A stretch of 35,022 bases of DNA from a virus: the IMG/VR virus record IMGVR_UViG_3300033463_000535; one strand, written 5' to 3'. Both the position numbers and the translations under genes were made by a program. This document shows positions 6,249-13,861 of this stretch, piece by piece; the first letter of the stretch is position 1; each line of letters begins with the position of its first letter. A model generated the notes under the pieces. That model searched no databases. It was not told the DNA's origin and saw only the letters and a program-made list of their open reading frames with translations.

Positions 6249-6917
6249 ATGAATATTTATGAAAAATTACTAAAAATACAAATGGAGCTAAAAGCACCAA
6301 AAAACCAAACAAATAAATTTGGAGGATACAAATACAGAAGTTGTGAAGATATATTGGAAGCGGTAAAACCAATATGTGAAAAATACAAGGTAAGTTTAAT
6401 ATTAAATGATGACATTGTAGTACTAGGGGAAGGAAATGCACAAGTATTAAAAAATATTGATAAAAAAAACGATATAACAGATGAAGCAATAACATCTGGT
6501 CAAAGGTTTTATGTTAAAGCTACTGCAATGTTATATAACACAGAACTAGACAAAAATGGGCATTTAGAAACAGTTGGAAATACAGCATATGCAAGGGAAG
6601 CGGAAACAAAAAAAGGAATGGATGAAAGTCAAATAACAGGAACAGCAAGTAGTTATGCAAGGAAATATGCATTAAATGGATTGTTTAATATAGATGATAC
6701 AAAAGATGCAGATACAGATGAATTCGTTGAAAGAACACAAGGAAGTAGAATAACAAAAATACAAGAAGATGCATTGTATTTAAAAATAAAAAATAACAAT
6801 ATAGAAAATGATGATGTAATAGCAATTCTCAAAGAAAAAGGATATAGCAAATTAGCAGAAATTAAGATTGAAGATTATGTTGATATAGTAAAGAAAATAG
6901 AAAAATTAGGAGGATAA
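6249..6917 (+). CDS. erf: ERF-family single-strand annealing recombinase
   Basis: FGGYKYRSCEDILEAVKPICEKYKV and TGTASSYARKYALNGLFNIDD are hallmark ERF motifs. Confidence 0.85.
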   Translation: MNIYEKLLKIQMELKAPKNQTNKFGGYKYRSCEDILEAVKPICEKYKVSLILNDDIVVLGEGNAQVLKNIDKKNDITDEAITSGQRFYVKATAMLYNTELDKNGHLETVGNTAYAREAETKKGMDESQITGTASSYARKYALNGLFNIDDTKDADTDEFVERTQGSRITKIQEDALYLKIKNNNIENDDVIAILKEKGYSKLAEIKIEDYVDIVKKIEKLGG

Positions 6918-6920
6918 AAA

Positions 6921-7037
6921 ATGAAATATGAAAATATTACATTAGAAGAATGTATAGCTTACAATAAAATTGCAAAAATGATTTTTGAGTGTGATGCAGA
7001 TAAAAAAGAAGTTAAATTTAAAAGGGAGGAAGAATAA
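6921..7037 (+). CDS. Hypothetical 38-aa protein
   Basis: AGGAGGA SD upstream. The stop overlaps the next ATG (TAATG). Confidence 0.35.
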   Translation: MKYENITLEECIAYNKIAKMIFECDADKKEVKFKREEE

Positions 7038-7354
7038 TGGAGGAAATGTTGCAGCTAAACCAATTAAATACTTATTTGACATCTGCATTAAGTGAATACA
7101 AAAAAAGAGGAACAGAGTATGCAAAAGCATATAAAAATTATAGAATGTTATTAAGTCAAGAATTGTTAAAATTAAAAGCAGAAGGAATGCCTGTAACTAT
7201 TGCATATGATATAGCAAGGGGAACAGAACAAGTAGCAGATGCAAAAGAGCAAGAAATAATCACGGAATGTTTATATAAAAGTTGTCAAGAAGCGATAAAC
7301 ACATATAAATTACAAATAAAAATATTGCAAGAAAATATAAATAAGAATTATTAA
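7037..7354 (+). CDS. Helical hypothetical protein in the recombination module
   Basis: GGGAGGA SD upstream; 105 aa. Confidence 0.6.
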   Translation: MEEMLQLNQLNTYLTSALSEYKKRGTEYAKAYKNYRMLLSQELLKLKAEGMPVTIAYDIARGTEQVADAKEQEIITECLYKSCQEAINTYKLQIKILQENINKNY

Positions 7355-7367
7355 GGGGGAATTAAAA

Positions 7368-7613
7368 ATGAAACAATGGGAAATTATATTAAATGCAATG
7401 CTAACAAATAGAAATAAAATAACATGGACAGCAAAAGATTTTCAAAAAGAACCATATTTTGTAGGATATGAAGCAAGTGCAAGGATGAGTGAATTAGCTA
7501 AAATATATCCTGATTTAATAATAACAGGAAAAGATGGAAGATTTAGAACATTATCAATTAATTGGAATTGTGAAGAAATAGATATGTATTTAGAATTTTA
7601 TGTAGAGGAATAA
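7368..7613 (+). CDS. Hypothetical protein (possible winged-helix)
   Basis: GGGGGA SD upstream; 81 aa; YFVGYEASARMSELAKIYPDLI. Confidence 0.6.
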   Translation: MKQWEIILNAMLTNRNKITWTAKDFQKEPYFVGYEASARMSELAKIYPDLIITGKDGRFRTLSINWNCEEIDMYLEFYVEE

Positions 7614-7618
7614 AAATA

Positions 7619-8005
7619 ATGTATTGTAAAAATATGAGTAAGGCTTTAAATGGAAAAATAAGGTGTAAAAAAAGAAAAGGGTATATAGATATATACTTTC
7701 ACTGTCAAAATTGCTCAGATTTTATTTTGAAGCGAAATAAGCCTATAAAAAAAGTAAGTGATAAAAGAATTTTTGTAAAAAAGGAAATATATGATGAAGT
7801 TTATAAAAGAGATAAAGGAAAATGCAGGTTGATGAATAAAGAATGTCAAGGCGGTTTGGAATTGCATCATATAGTTTACAGATCAGAAAATAAAAATTTA
7901 ATAAATGAGCCAACAAATTGTATAATGTTATGTACTAGACATCATAAATTAGTACACAGCAACAAACATAAATGGCAACCAATTTTAAAGGAGATGATAA
8001 AATGA
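7619..8005 (+). CDS. HNH endonuclease with an N-terminal Cys-rich segment
   Basis: CRLMNKECQGGLELHHIVYRSE..NCIMLCTRHHKLVH is an HNH core. The N-terminus has C..C..HCQNC. Confidence 0.8.
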   Translation: MYCKNMSKALNGKIRCKKRKGYIDIYFHCQNCSDFILKRNKPIKKVSDKRIFVKKEIYDEVYKRDKGKCRLMNKECQGGLELHHIVYRSENKNLINEPTNCIMLCTRHHKLVHSNKHKWQPILKEMIK

Positions 8006-8217
8006 TATATAAATATAAAGTACCAGAAAGATTAAGATATGTATATGGAAAAAAGACATTATATTGTAAAGTTACACAAGAATTACAAATGTTGAATGGA
8101 GATATGGCATATAAAGTTAAAGTATTAAATTGGAATGATAGAACAGATATATTTTTAAAGTCAGAATTGAAAGAATTAAATTTATTAGATAAAATAAAAT
8201 TAGGAGGTAAAAAATAA
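8002..8217 (+). CDS. Hypothetical protein
   Basis: ATG at 8002 lies 8 nt after AAAGGAG and overlaps the HNH stop (ATGA). The 7972 start in the ORF track is unsupported. Confidence 0.55.
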   Translation: MIYKYKVPERLRYVYGKKTLYCKVTQELQMLNGDMAYKVKVLNWNDRTDIFLKSELKELNLLDKIKLGGKK

Positions 8218-8483
8218 TGAATGATAATATAGGAGCATTATGGGTTAAAGAAGGTAAAAAAGGAGATTTTTATAGCGGATATATTGAAGTAGAAAATGGC
8301 GGTAAAAAAGAAAAAATAAGAATTGTAGTATTTAAAAATAATTATAAAAATAAAGAGACAAGCCCTGATTTTCAAATACTAAAATCAAAAATGACAGAGG
8401 AAGAAAAATATAAAAAAGAAGAAAGAGAAGCAATACAAAATGAAGAAGATTATGAAATAGATAATTCGGATCTTCCATTTTAG
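8217..8483 (+). CDS. DUF736-like small protein with an SSB-type acidic C-terminal tail (..DNSDLPF)
   Basis: IGALWVKEGKKGDFYSGYIE..IVVFKNNYKNKETSPDFQI has the DUF736-like pattern. The C-terminus EEDYEIDNSDLPF mimics the SSB tip (DDDIPF). Confidence 0.6.
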   Translation: MNDNIGALWVKEGKKGDFYSGYIEVENGGKKEKIRIVVFKNNYKNKETSPDFQILKSKMTEEEKYKKEEREAIQNEEDYEIDNSDLPF

Positions 8484-8495
8484 GAGGTAATGTAA

Positions 8496-8702
8496 ATGTA
8501 CAAAATGAAAGAAGAAGTATGTAAGGAAATAAAGAAAAAAAGAATAAATAGAAAATTAGCAAGAACAATTGGTGTAACAGAAGGATATATTTCACAGATA
8601 GTAAACCATAGAAAATTAGATATTTCTAAGACAGTTGCATATGCAACAACAAAAGCAATATCAAACAAATTAGAGATTGAAGATGTTTTTGAAGTTTTTT
8701 AA
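8496..8702 (+). CDS. XRE-type HTH protein
   Basis: INRKLARTIGVTEGYISQIVNHRK has the classic HTH_3 pattern. AGGAGG SD upstream. Confidence 0.7.
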   Translation: MYKMKEEVCKEIKKKRINRKLARTIGVTEGYISQIVNHRKLDISKTVAYATTKAISNKLEIEDVFEVF

Positions 8703-8721
8703 AATTTTTTATAAAAAAGTA

Positions 8722-8750
8722 TTTACAAAATAAAAAAAATGAAGTATAAT
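8722..8750 (+). promoter_or_regulatory. Sigma-A-type promoter
   Basis: TTTACA (8722-8727), 17 nt, TATAAT (8745-8750). Confidence 0.65.
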
Positions 8751-8818
8751 AAATTTACAGTAAACGAATGTACATAATTTAGATATTTCAAGTTAGAAAT
8801 AACTTTTAATATACATTT

Positions 8819-8860
8819 AGGGAGCTTGTTTTTTCATTCGTTTGCAAGCTCCCTATTTTG
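8819..8860 (+). terminator. Leader terminator / attenuator hairpin
   Basis: AGGGAGCTTG (8819-8828) / CAAGCTCCCT (8845-8854): perfect 10 bp, 16-nt loop, then ATTTTG. It lies between the promoter and the ATG at 8888. Confidence 0.65.
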
Positions 8861-8887
8861 TTTAATTTATGTAGGAAGGAGCATAAA

Positions 8888-9535
8888 ATGGCAAAAGATA
8901 GTTTTATATTATATACAGAACAAAAAGCAGTGGTAGATAAATTGACAGATGAGCAAGCGGGGAAATTAATAAAAGCTATATATGAATATGAAGAGACAGG
9001 AGAAATTCCTGAGTTGGATAGTGTGCTTGATTTAGTGTTTACTCCATTCAAAATTGCATTAGATAAGAATGATAGTAAATGGGAAGAAATAAAACAAAAA
9101 AGAAGTGAAGCAGGAAAAATAGGAGCAGAAAAAAAGAAGCAAAAACAAGCAAAAGAAGCAAATGCTAATTTTGCTAAACAAAAAAAGCAAAAGGAAGCAA
9201 AACAAGCTGTAAATGTAAATGATAATGTAAATGTAAATGTAATAAAAAAGAAAAATAATAAAAAGAAAATAACACAGCCTTCTTTAGAAGAAATAGAAAA
9301 TTACATAAAAGAAAAACAATTAAAAGTAAATGCAAAAGATTTTTATGAATATTTTACTGAAGGAAATTGGATAGACAGTAAAGGTAATGAGGTAAAGAAT
9401 TGGAAATTGAAATTACTAACATGGGATAAATTCCAAAAAGAAGGAAAACCAAAACAAAAATCAAGAGTACCATATGAACAAAGGCAGTATGATAATTTAG
9501 ATTTTTTATATGCTAACAAAAAAGAAGGAGGGTAA
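8888..9535 (+). CDS. Replication-organizer-like protein (Lin1244_N / DUF6291-type N-domain)
   Basis: ATG at 8888 follows GGAAGGAG. FILYTEQKAVVDKLTDEQAGKLIKAIYEYEETGEIPELD..FTPFKIALDKNDSKWEEIKQKRSEAGKIGA. The C-terminus has DFYEYFTEGNWIDSKGNEVKNWKLKLLTW. Confidence 0.6.
   Translation: MAKDSFILYTEQKAVVDKLTDEQAGKLIKAIYEYEETGEIPELDSVLDLVFTPFKIALDKNDSKWEEIKQKRSEAGKIGAEKKKQKQAKEANANFAKQKKQKEAKQAVNVNDNVNVNVIKKKNNKKKITQPSLEEIENYIKEKQLKVNAKDFYEYFTEGNWIDSKGNEVKNWKLKLLTWDKFQKEGKPKQKSRVPYEQRQYDNLDFLYANKKEGG
9209..9244. repeat. Six tandem hexamers (GTAAAT-like) inside the replication gene
   Basis: gtaaat gtaaat gataat gtaaat gtaaat gtaata, preceded by five AAGCAAAA-like units (9137-9206). Confidence 0.8.
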
Positions 9536-9539
9536 ATAA

Positions 9540-10001
9540 ATGAGTGAAGAAGAAATATTAGAAGAAATAAAAGTAACAATATATGATTTTGATGGTAAAC
9601 GAGCAAGATATATTGATATTGATAATGTATGTGGTGATGAGTGCGAAAAATTTATTGAAGCAATTGAAGGTTTATTATTTTTATATAAAAAAGAGAAAGA
9701 AAAAAATAAAGAACTATTAAAAACAATACCAATAGACAATTATGATGATAGGTATTTAAAGTCTATATATATGGGTGGCTATTATGATGGATTAAGAGCA
9801 AAAATAAAAGAAAATTGGGATAATGCACAGGAAGTAGAAATAAAAAGTCAAGTTATACCAAAATATAAGATTAAAAAACTAATTGATCAATTAGAAAAAG
9901 ATAATACAGACTATTTATTGCAAGATATGTTAACAGACTCAAGAATAACAACAAGATGTATTGAAATGTTACAAGAATTATTGGAGGTAGAAAATGAATA
10001 A
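9540..10001 (+). CDS. Hypothetical protein
   Basis: GGAGGG SD upstream; 153 aa. Confidence 0.6.
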   Translation: MSEEEILEEIKVTIYDFDGKRARYIDIDNVCGDECEKFIEAIEGLLFLYKKEKEKNKELLKTIPIDNYDDRYLKSIYMGGYYDGLRAKIKENWDNAQEVEIKSQVIPKYKIKKLIDQLEKDNTDYLLQDMLTDSRITTRCIEMLQELLEVENE

Positions 10002-10200
10002 ACAACAAATAAGAAAAGCAATAATAGACAGACTGTGTAGAAATGCAATAGGATATAAAGAGCCTGCATTTCATAGTAAGAATATAACACAACAAGAAAG
10101 AGATGCAATAGCAGAAGTAATAGAAGAAATAGTAGATTACTTAGAAAACTATGAAGAAAACACAAAATGGAAAGAATTATACACAGATGATGGGAGGTAA
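9994..10200 (+). CDS. Hypothetical protein
   Basis: GGAGG SD upstream; 68 aa; 8-nt overlap with the previous gene. Confidence 0.55.
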   Translation: MNKQQIRKAIIDRLCRNAIGYKEPAFHSKNITQQERDAIAEVIEEIVDYLENYEENTKWKELYTDDGR

Positions 10201-10205
10201 TGTAA

Positions 10206-10334
10206 ATGAGCGAATATTATAAATGCTGTATATGTAATAAATTAATCAAAAAAGATAATATATATGGCAATTACGAAAATTATGTTTGTGATGAATGTTG
10301 GGAAAAACAAATGGTTTCAAAGGAGGACAAGTAA
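10206..10334 (+). CDS. Zinc-ribbon micro-protein (42 aa)
   Basis: GGGAGG SD upstream. MSEYYKCCICNKLIKKDNIYGNYENYVCDECWEKQMVSKEDK, with CxxC..CxxC. Confidence 0.45.
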   Translation: MSEYYKCCICNKLIKKDNIYGNYENYVCDECWEKQMVSKEDK

Positions 10335-10335
10335 T

Positions 10336-10575
10336 ATGGCATTTGATTTAGACGATGATGAATTAGAAGCTACAAGAAAGCTACATGGTGTAGGAAAAAA
10401 GGAAATGACTAACAAAGAAGCAATTAATATTTTAATAGGATTAGCGGTATGTATAGATCCTAAATTGCATTGTGACGATGATTGTCCGTTTTATAAAGAA
10501 AATGGAGAATGTAAATATGTGGGAAAACAGTTCGAAACTTCAGAAGCGGTAAAAGCATTGAAAGGGGAGCGATAA
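10336..10575 (+). CDS. Hypothetical Cys-containing protein
   Basis: ATG at 10336 follows AAAGGAGGA. The 10264 start in the ORF track would overlap the zinc-ribbon ORF. Contains HCDDDCPFYKENGEC. Confidence 0.55.
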   Translation: MAFDLDDDELEATRKLHGVGKKEMTNKEAINILIGLAVCIDPKLHCDDDCPFYKENGECKYVGKQFETSEAVKALKGER

Positions 10576-10578
10576 TAA

Positions 10579-10848
10579 ATGACAGCTGATGAAATGTTTA
10601 AAGAGTTAGGATTTGAAATAACAGAGGAAAACAATAGCAAAAACAAATATGACAACGGTATTCAATTTATGAAAGAAGAAAGAAGTATAAAAAAGTATAT
10701 AGAATTTTATTATTATCATAAACAGATTGTAATTTATACTGACCAATATATCTATGAAAAAATAAAAAGATGGGAAAGTACAATTATAGATATGCAAGAA
10801 CTACAAGCAATAAATAAAAAGGTACAAGAATTAGGTTGGAAAGGATAA
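10579..10848 (+). CDS. Hypothetical protein
   Basis: GGGGAG SD upstream; 89 aa. Confidence 0.6.
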   Translation: MTADEMFKELGFEITEENNSKNKYDNGIQFMKEERSIKKYIEFYYYHKQIVIYTDQYIYEKIKRWESTIIDMQELQAINKKVQELGWKG

Positions 10849-10853
10849 ATATT

Positions 10854-11240
10854 ATGGAAGATGAAATTAAAGTAGGAGATTGGATAAAAACTAAAGGTGG
10901 GAATATATGCAAAGTATTACAAATTAGAAAGCAGTATAGATTTACAACGAATACAGGGCATCCTTCAATAACTCCTGAAAGATATTTTGTAGATAACATA
11001 AAACAATATAGTATTTCAAAACCATATGTTAAAAAACATAGTAAAAACATAATTGATTTAATAGAAATAAACGACTATGTAAATGGGAGTAGAGTAATAG
11101 ATATAGTAGAAGCACCAGTAAGAGCAGTTTATGTCGATAAAATAACAAAAGGTGCATTAGAACCTATAATAAATAAAGACATACAATCAATAATAACAAA
11201 GGAACAGTTTAAACAAATAAAATACATAGTAAAGGAGTAA
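10854..11240 (+). CDS. Hypothetical protein
   Basis: ATG at 10854 lies 6 nt after the previous stop. The TTG at 10836 is less likely. Confidence 0.6.
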   Translation: MEDEIKVGDWIKTKGGNICKVLQIRKQYRFTTNTGHPSITPERYFVDNIKQYSISKPYVKKHSKNIIDLIEINDYVNGSRVIDIVEAPVRAVYVDKITKGALEPIINKDIQSIITKEQFKQIKYIVKE

Positions 11241-11247
11241 TAGAAAA

Positions 11248-11637
11248 ATGAGAGAGATAAAATTTAGAGCTTATGATACATATACAAAAACAATGTTGCC
11301 TGTTGTAGATATAATAAAGTTTACCAAAAGCGAAGACTTATACATAACACAAGATGGAGCATACGGTGTAGGAATAAATATACAATATCAACCATATATA
11401 GAATTAATGCAATACACAGGACTAAAAGATAAAAATGGAACAGAAATATATGAGGGAGACATTTTAAAGTATATGGCAATAGCAGATGGAGAGCAAATAG
11501 ACAAAGTAATATTTGACAGAGGAACATATGTAGTAGACTATTCAGAAGATTATAAACAACCTGTAAATGAAATAAATCATTGTGCAGAAGTAATAGGAAA
11601 TATATACGATAATCCAGAATTATTGAAAGGAGAATAG
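11248..11637 (+). CDS. YopX-family protein
   Basis: MREIKFRAYD..LMQYTGLKDKNGTEIYEGDIL..VIGNIYDNPELL is the canonical YopX signature. Confidence 0.85.
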   Translation: MREIKFRAYDTYTKTMLPVVDIIKFTKSEDLYITQDGAYGVGINIQYQPYIELMQYTGLKDKNGTEIYEGDILKYMAIADGEQIDKVIFDRGTYVVDYSEDYKQPVNEINHCAEVIGNIYDNPELLKGE

Positions 11638-11643
11638 TAACAG

Positions 11644-11991
11644 ATGAGTAAAACAATAAAAGTAATAGATTTATTAAATAAAATAGCTAATGGAGAAATA
11701 CCAAATAAAGTTAAATATAAAGATAGAATTTATGTATGGGATGAAGAATATGAAAACTATCATGTTGAATATGAAAATTGGTGGTTACATCCAGAATATA
11801 AGAAATTAAATGATACAGTAGAAATAATAGAAGAACAACAAGATATAGACATACAATCAATAGAAGATATTAAAGATATTTTTATTGAAAATGCTAGTTG
11901 TGGAGAAGATGTTAAATATTTAGCAAGAAAATACAATGACTTAATTCAAGCAGTAAAGCAACTAGACAAACAAATAAAAGAAAAGGAGTAG
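11644..11991 (+). CDS. Hypothetical protein
   Basis: 115 aa, compact spacing. Confidence 0.6.
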   Translation: MSKTIKVIDLLNKIANGEIPNKVKYKDRIYVWDEEYENYHVEYENWWLHPEYKKLNDTVEIIEEQQDIDIQSIEDIKDIFIENASCGEDVKYLARKYNDLIQAVKQLDKQIKEKE

Positions 11992-11998
11992 ATGAGAT

Positions 11999-12286
11999 AT
12001 GAAAGTAATGATAAGTCAACCAATGAGAGGTAAAACAGAAAAGCAAATTAAAGAAGAAAGGAAACAGTTAATAAGTGAGTTAGAAGCAGAAGGACATGAG
12101 GTATTGGAAACAGTGTTTGATGATTTTGACTGTTATGCAAGTCCAATAGCATATTTAGCAAGAAGCATAGAATTTTTAGATAAAGCAGATGCAGTTGTAT
12201 TTATGGAAGGTTGGGAAAACGCAAGAGGGTGCAGAGTAGAACATGAAGTAGCGAGAGAATATGGTAAGTATATAAAATATTGTTAA
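11999..12286 (+). CDS. DUF4406-like protein (nucleoside 2-deoxyribosyltransferase-like fold)
   Basis: MISQPMRGKT.. and ADAVVFMEGWENARGCRVEHEVA match the DUF4406 pattern. Confidence 0.65.
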   Translation: MKVMISQPMRGKTEKQIKEERKQLISELEAEGHEVLETVFDDFDCYASPIAYLARSIEFLDKADAVVFMEGWENARGCRVEHEVAREYGKYIKYC

Positions 12287-12300
12287 GATAAGGAGTAAAT

Positions 12301-12447
12301 ATGGAATGTCAAATATGTGCTAAACAATATCTCTGTACTAAAAAACAATGTACAGGACTAATAAGATGGAGAGAAACAGCTAATTATGGAGAAGTAAGGA
12401 GAATAGAAGATGACAAACAACAGACAAGCAAAGGAAGAATTAATTAG
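12301..12447 (+). CDS. Cys-rich micro-protein (48 aa); overlaps the next gene by 38 nt
   Basis: AAGGAG SD upstream. MECQICAKQYLCTKKQCTGLIRW.. The long overlap lowers confidence. Confidence 0.3.
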   Translation: MECQICAKQYLCTKKQCTGLIRWRETANYGEVRRIEDDKQQTSKGRIN

Positions 12448-12820
12448 AAGATATGGAGCAGAATGTTTTATAGAACGATTAAAACTACGAGATACAAAGG
12501 GAATAACTTATAAAGGTAAAGGTCAATATAAGAAGATGAAGATGCTTACATATCATCATATTAAGCCAAAATCAAAAGGAGGACAGGCAACAGTAGATAA
12601 TGGAGCAATATTAAGTAGCGAAAACCACGCATGGTTCCATCATCAGCCAAAAAGAGAACAAGAAAGAATGAATAAAATGTTCCAACAATTGAAAGAAGAT
12701 ATAGATGAGTTAAGGATAATATATGTAGATGACTTAGATGTAGATTTTAAGGTCGTTGCAACAATATTACAGCTTGATGAAAGAGGCAGGATAATAGAAG
12801 AACAAGAAAAAGAAAGATAA
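12410..12820 (+). CDS. HNH endonuclease (second copy, different lineage)
   Basis: LTYHHIKPKSKGGQATVDNGAILSSENHAWFH is an HNH core. AAGGAG SD 8 nt upstream. Confidence 0.8.
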   Translation: MTNNRQAKEELIRRYGAECFIERLKLRDTKGITYKGKGQYKKMKMLTYHHIKPKSKGGQATVDNGAILSSENHAWFHHQPKREQERMNKMFQQLKEDIDELRIIYVDDLDVDFKVVATILQLDERGRIIEEQEKER

Positions 12821-12821
12821 A

Positions 12822-12850
12822 TTGATAAAAAATAAAATTAATGATATTAT
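12822..12850 (+). promoter_or_regulatory. Promoter with extended -10
   Basis: TTGATA (12822-12827), 17 nt, TGaTATTAT (12842-12850). Confidence 0.55.
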
Positions 12851-12856
12851 ATTAAT

Positions 12857-12940
12857 TGTATATCAGCAGACATAGTGGTCACCCCACAATAATAAGATTG
12901 AATTGAGGTTCTAATTTAGGGCTTCAATTTTTTTATTTTA
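12857..12940 (+). ncRNA. Candidate ~80-nt small RNA (promoter-to-terminator unit with no ORF)
   Basis: Bounded by the 12822 promoter and the 12901 terminator. Contains a locally GC-rich core, cagcagacatagtGGTCACCccac. No SD/ATG. Confidence 0.35.
12901..12940 (+). terminator. Rho-independent terminator
   Basis: AATTGAGG (12901-12908) / CTTCAATT (12922-12929): 8 bp with one G-U pair, 13-nt loop, then TTTTTTTATTTT. Confidence 0.55.
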
Positions 12941-12945
12941 AGTTG

Positions 12946-12974
12946 TTGCACAAATTAAAAAGTTATGATAGAAT
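12946..12974 (+). promoter_or_regulatory. Promoter with extended -10 (middle/late operon)
   Basis: TTGCAC (12946-12951), 17 nt, TGaTAGAAT (12966-12974). Confidence 0.6.
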
Positions 12975-12997
12975 AATAAAAAAAGAGAGAAAAGTGT

Positions 12998-13381
12998 ATG
13001 TATATTGATTATGATTTTCCTAATTGGAATAAATATATAAACGCAGAAAGAACAAATAAATACATAGCCAATAAAATAAAAAAAGAAGAAAAGCAAATAG
13101 TTGCGTATTTGTGTAGAAGAATGAAACCTGTTGAAAAATATCCTGTAATAATTAAAATAAAAAAGTATGTAAAAACAAAAAACACAGATGTTGATAATAT
13201 AAGAATTAAAGGATTGCTAGATGGTTTAGTAGATATAGGAATACTAAAAAATGATAACTTAAATTATATAAAAAGGATCATATTAGAAGCAGAAATAAGT
13301 AAAGAAAAAGACGGAATAGATATAGAAATAATAGAAGGAGCGGAAATTGAAAATACCAAAAATATTAACAAAAGAAAATAA
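12998..13381 (+). CDS. rusA: RusA-like Holliday-junction resolvase
   Basis: NWNKYINAERTNKYIANKIKKEE.. and DVDNIRIKGLLDGLVDIGILKNDN resemble the Firmicutes-phage RusA family. Confidence 0.55.
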   Translation: MYIDYDFPNWNKYINAERTNKYIANKIKKEEKQIVAYLCRRMKPVEKYPVIIKIKKYVKTKNTDVDNIRIKGLLDGLVDIGILKNDNLNYIKRIILEAEISKEKDGIDIEIIEGAEIENTKNINKRK

Positions 13382-13532
13382 AAAATATTATTTTATAAAA
13401 TTATTCAAAAATTACGCAATGTATAAAACAGAAAAAGGGATTGTAGAATGTTTTAATTTTCACGATTTAGGTTTAATTAAAGAAGTGAAAAGAGATAGAG
13501 AAGCGAAAAATGGCGGATGGATTAAGGCATAA
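13347..13532 (+). CDS. Hypothetical protein (TTG start)
   Basis: AGGAG SD 6 nt before the TTG; 61 aa; overlaps the rusA-like gene by 35 nt. Confidence 0.4.
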   Translation: MKIPKILTKENKKYYFIKLFKNYAMYKTEKGIVECFNFHDLGLIKEVKRDREAKNGGWIKA

Positions 13533-13559
13533 AAAATATTATAACAGGAGTAAATGCCT

Positions 13560-13850
13560 ATGATATACGATAAAGATAAAGTAAAAAAGATAGTAGAATT
13601 TAAGGATACAATTGAAAATATAAGATATAAAAAATACATAGAATGGTTATTAAGTTTTTACAATGAATATTATTTACATTCAAGGGAATTTGATGAGCAA
13701 AGAAAAAAATATAAAGATATAACAATTAAATATTATGATGCAGAAGAAGATAAATACAATTTGATGGAAAAATACAATGCATTAAACAGAAAATATAATA
13801 CCATAACAAGAAAAATAAAGGAAAAAAATATTAAGTTGTTCGATGATTAG
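13560..13850 (+). CDS. Hypothetical Lys/Tyr-rich protein
   Basis: AGGAG (13546-13550) is 9 nt from the ATG at 13560 and only 3 nt from the ATG at 13554. Confidence 0.55.
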   Translation: MIYDKDKVKKIVEFKDTIENIRYKKYIEWLLSFYNEYYLHSREFDEQRKKYKDITIKYYDAEEDKYNLMEKYNALNRKYNTITRKIKEKNIKLFDD

Positions 13851-13861
13851 AAAGGAATAAA

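Noticed and set aside
11999-12286. DUF4406 protein as part of the deazaguanine pathway (a base-exchange enzyme)
   Set aside because: It is tempting because of the deoxyribosyltransferase-like fold. However, the gene lies 5 kb away in a different operon, and this family is common in phages without dpdA, so no direct evidence links them.
12851-12940. Possible tRNA or tRNA-like attP core (ggttctaattt resembles a T-arm)
   Set aside because: No acceptor stem, D-arm or anticodon arm can be drawn, the T-loop consensus GGTTCGAATCC is not met, and the genome has no integrase.
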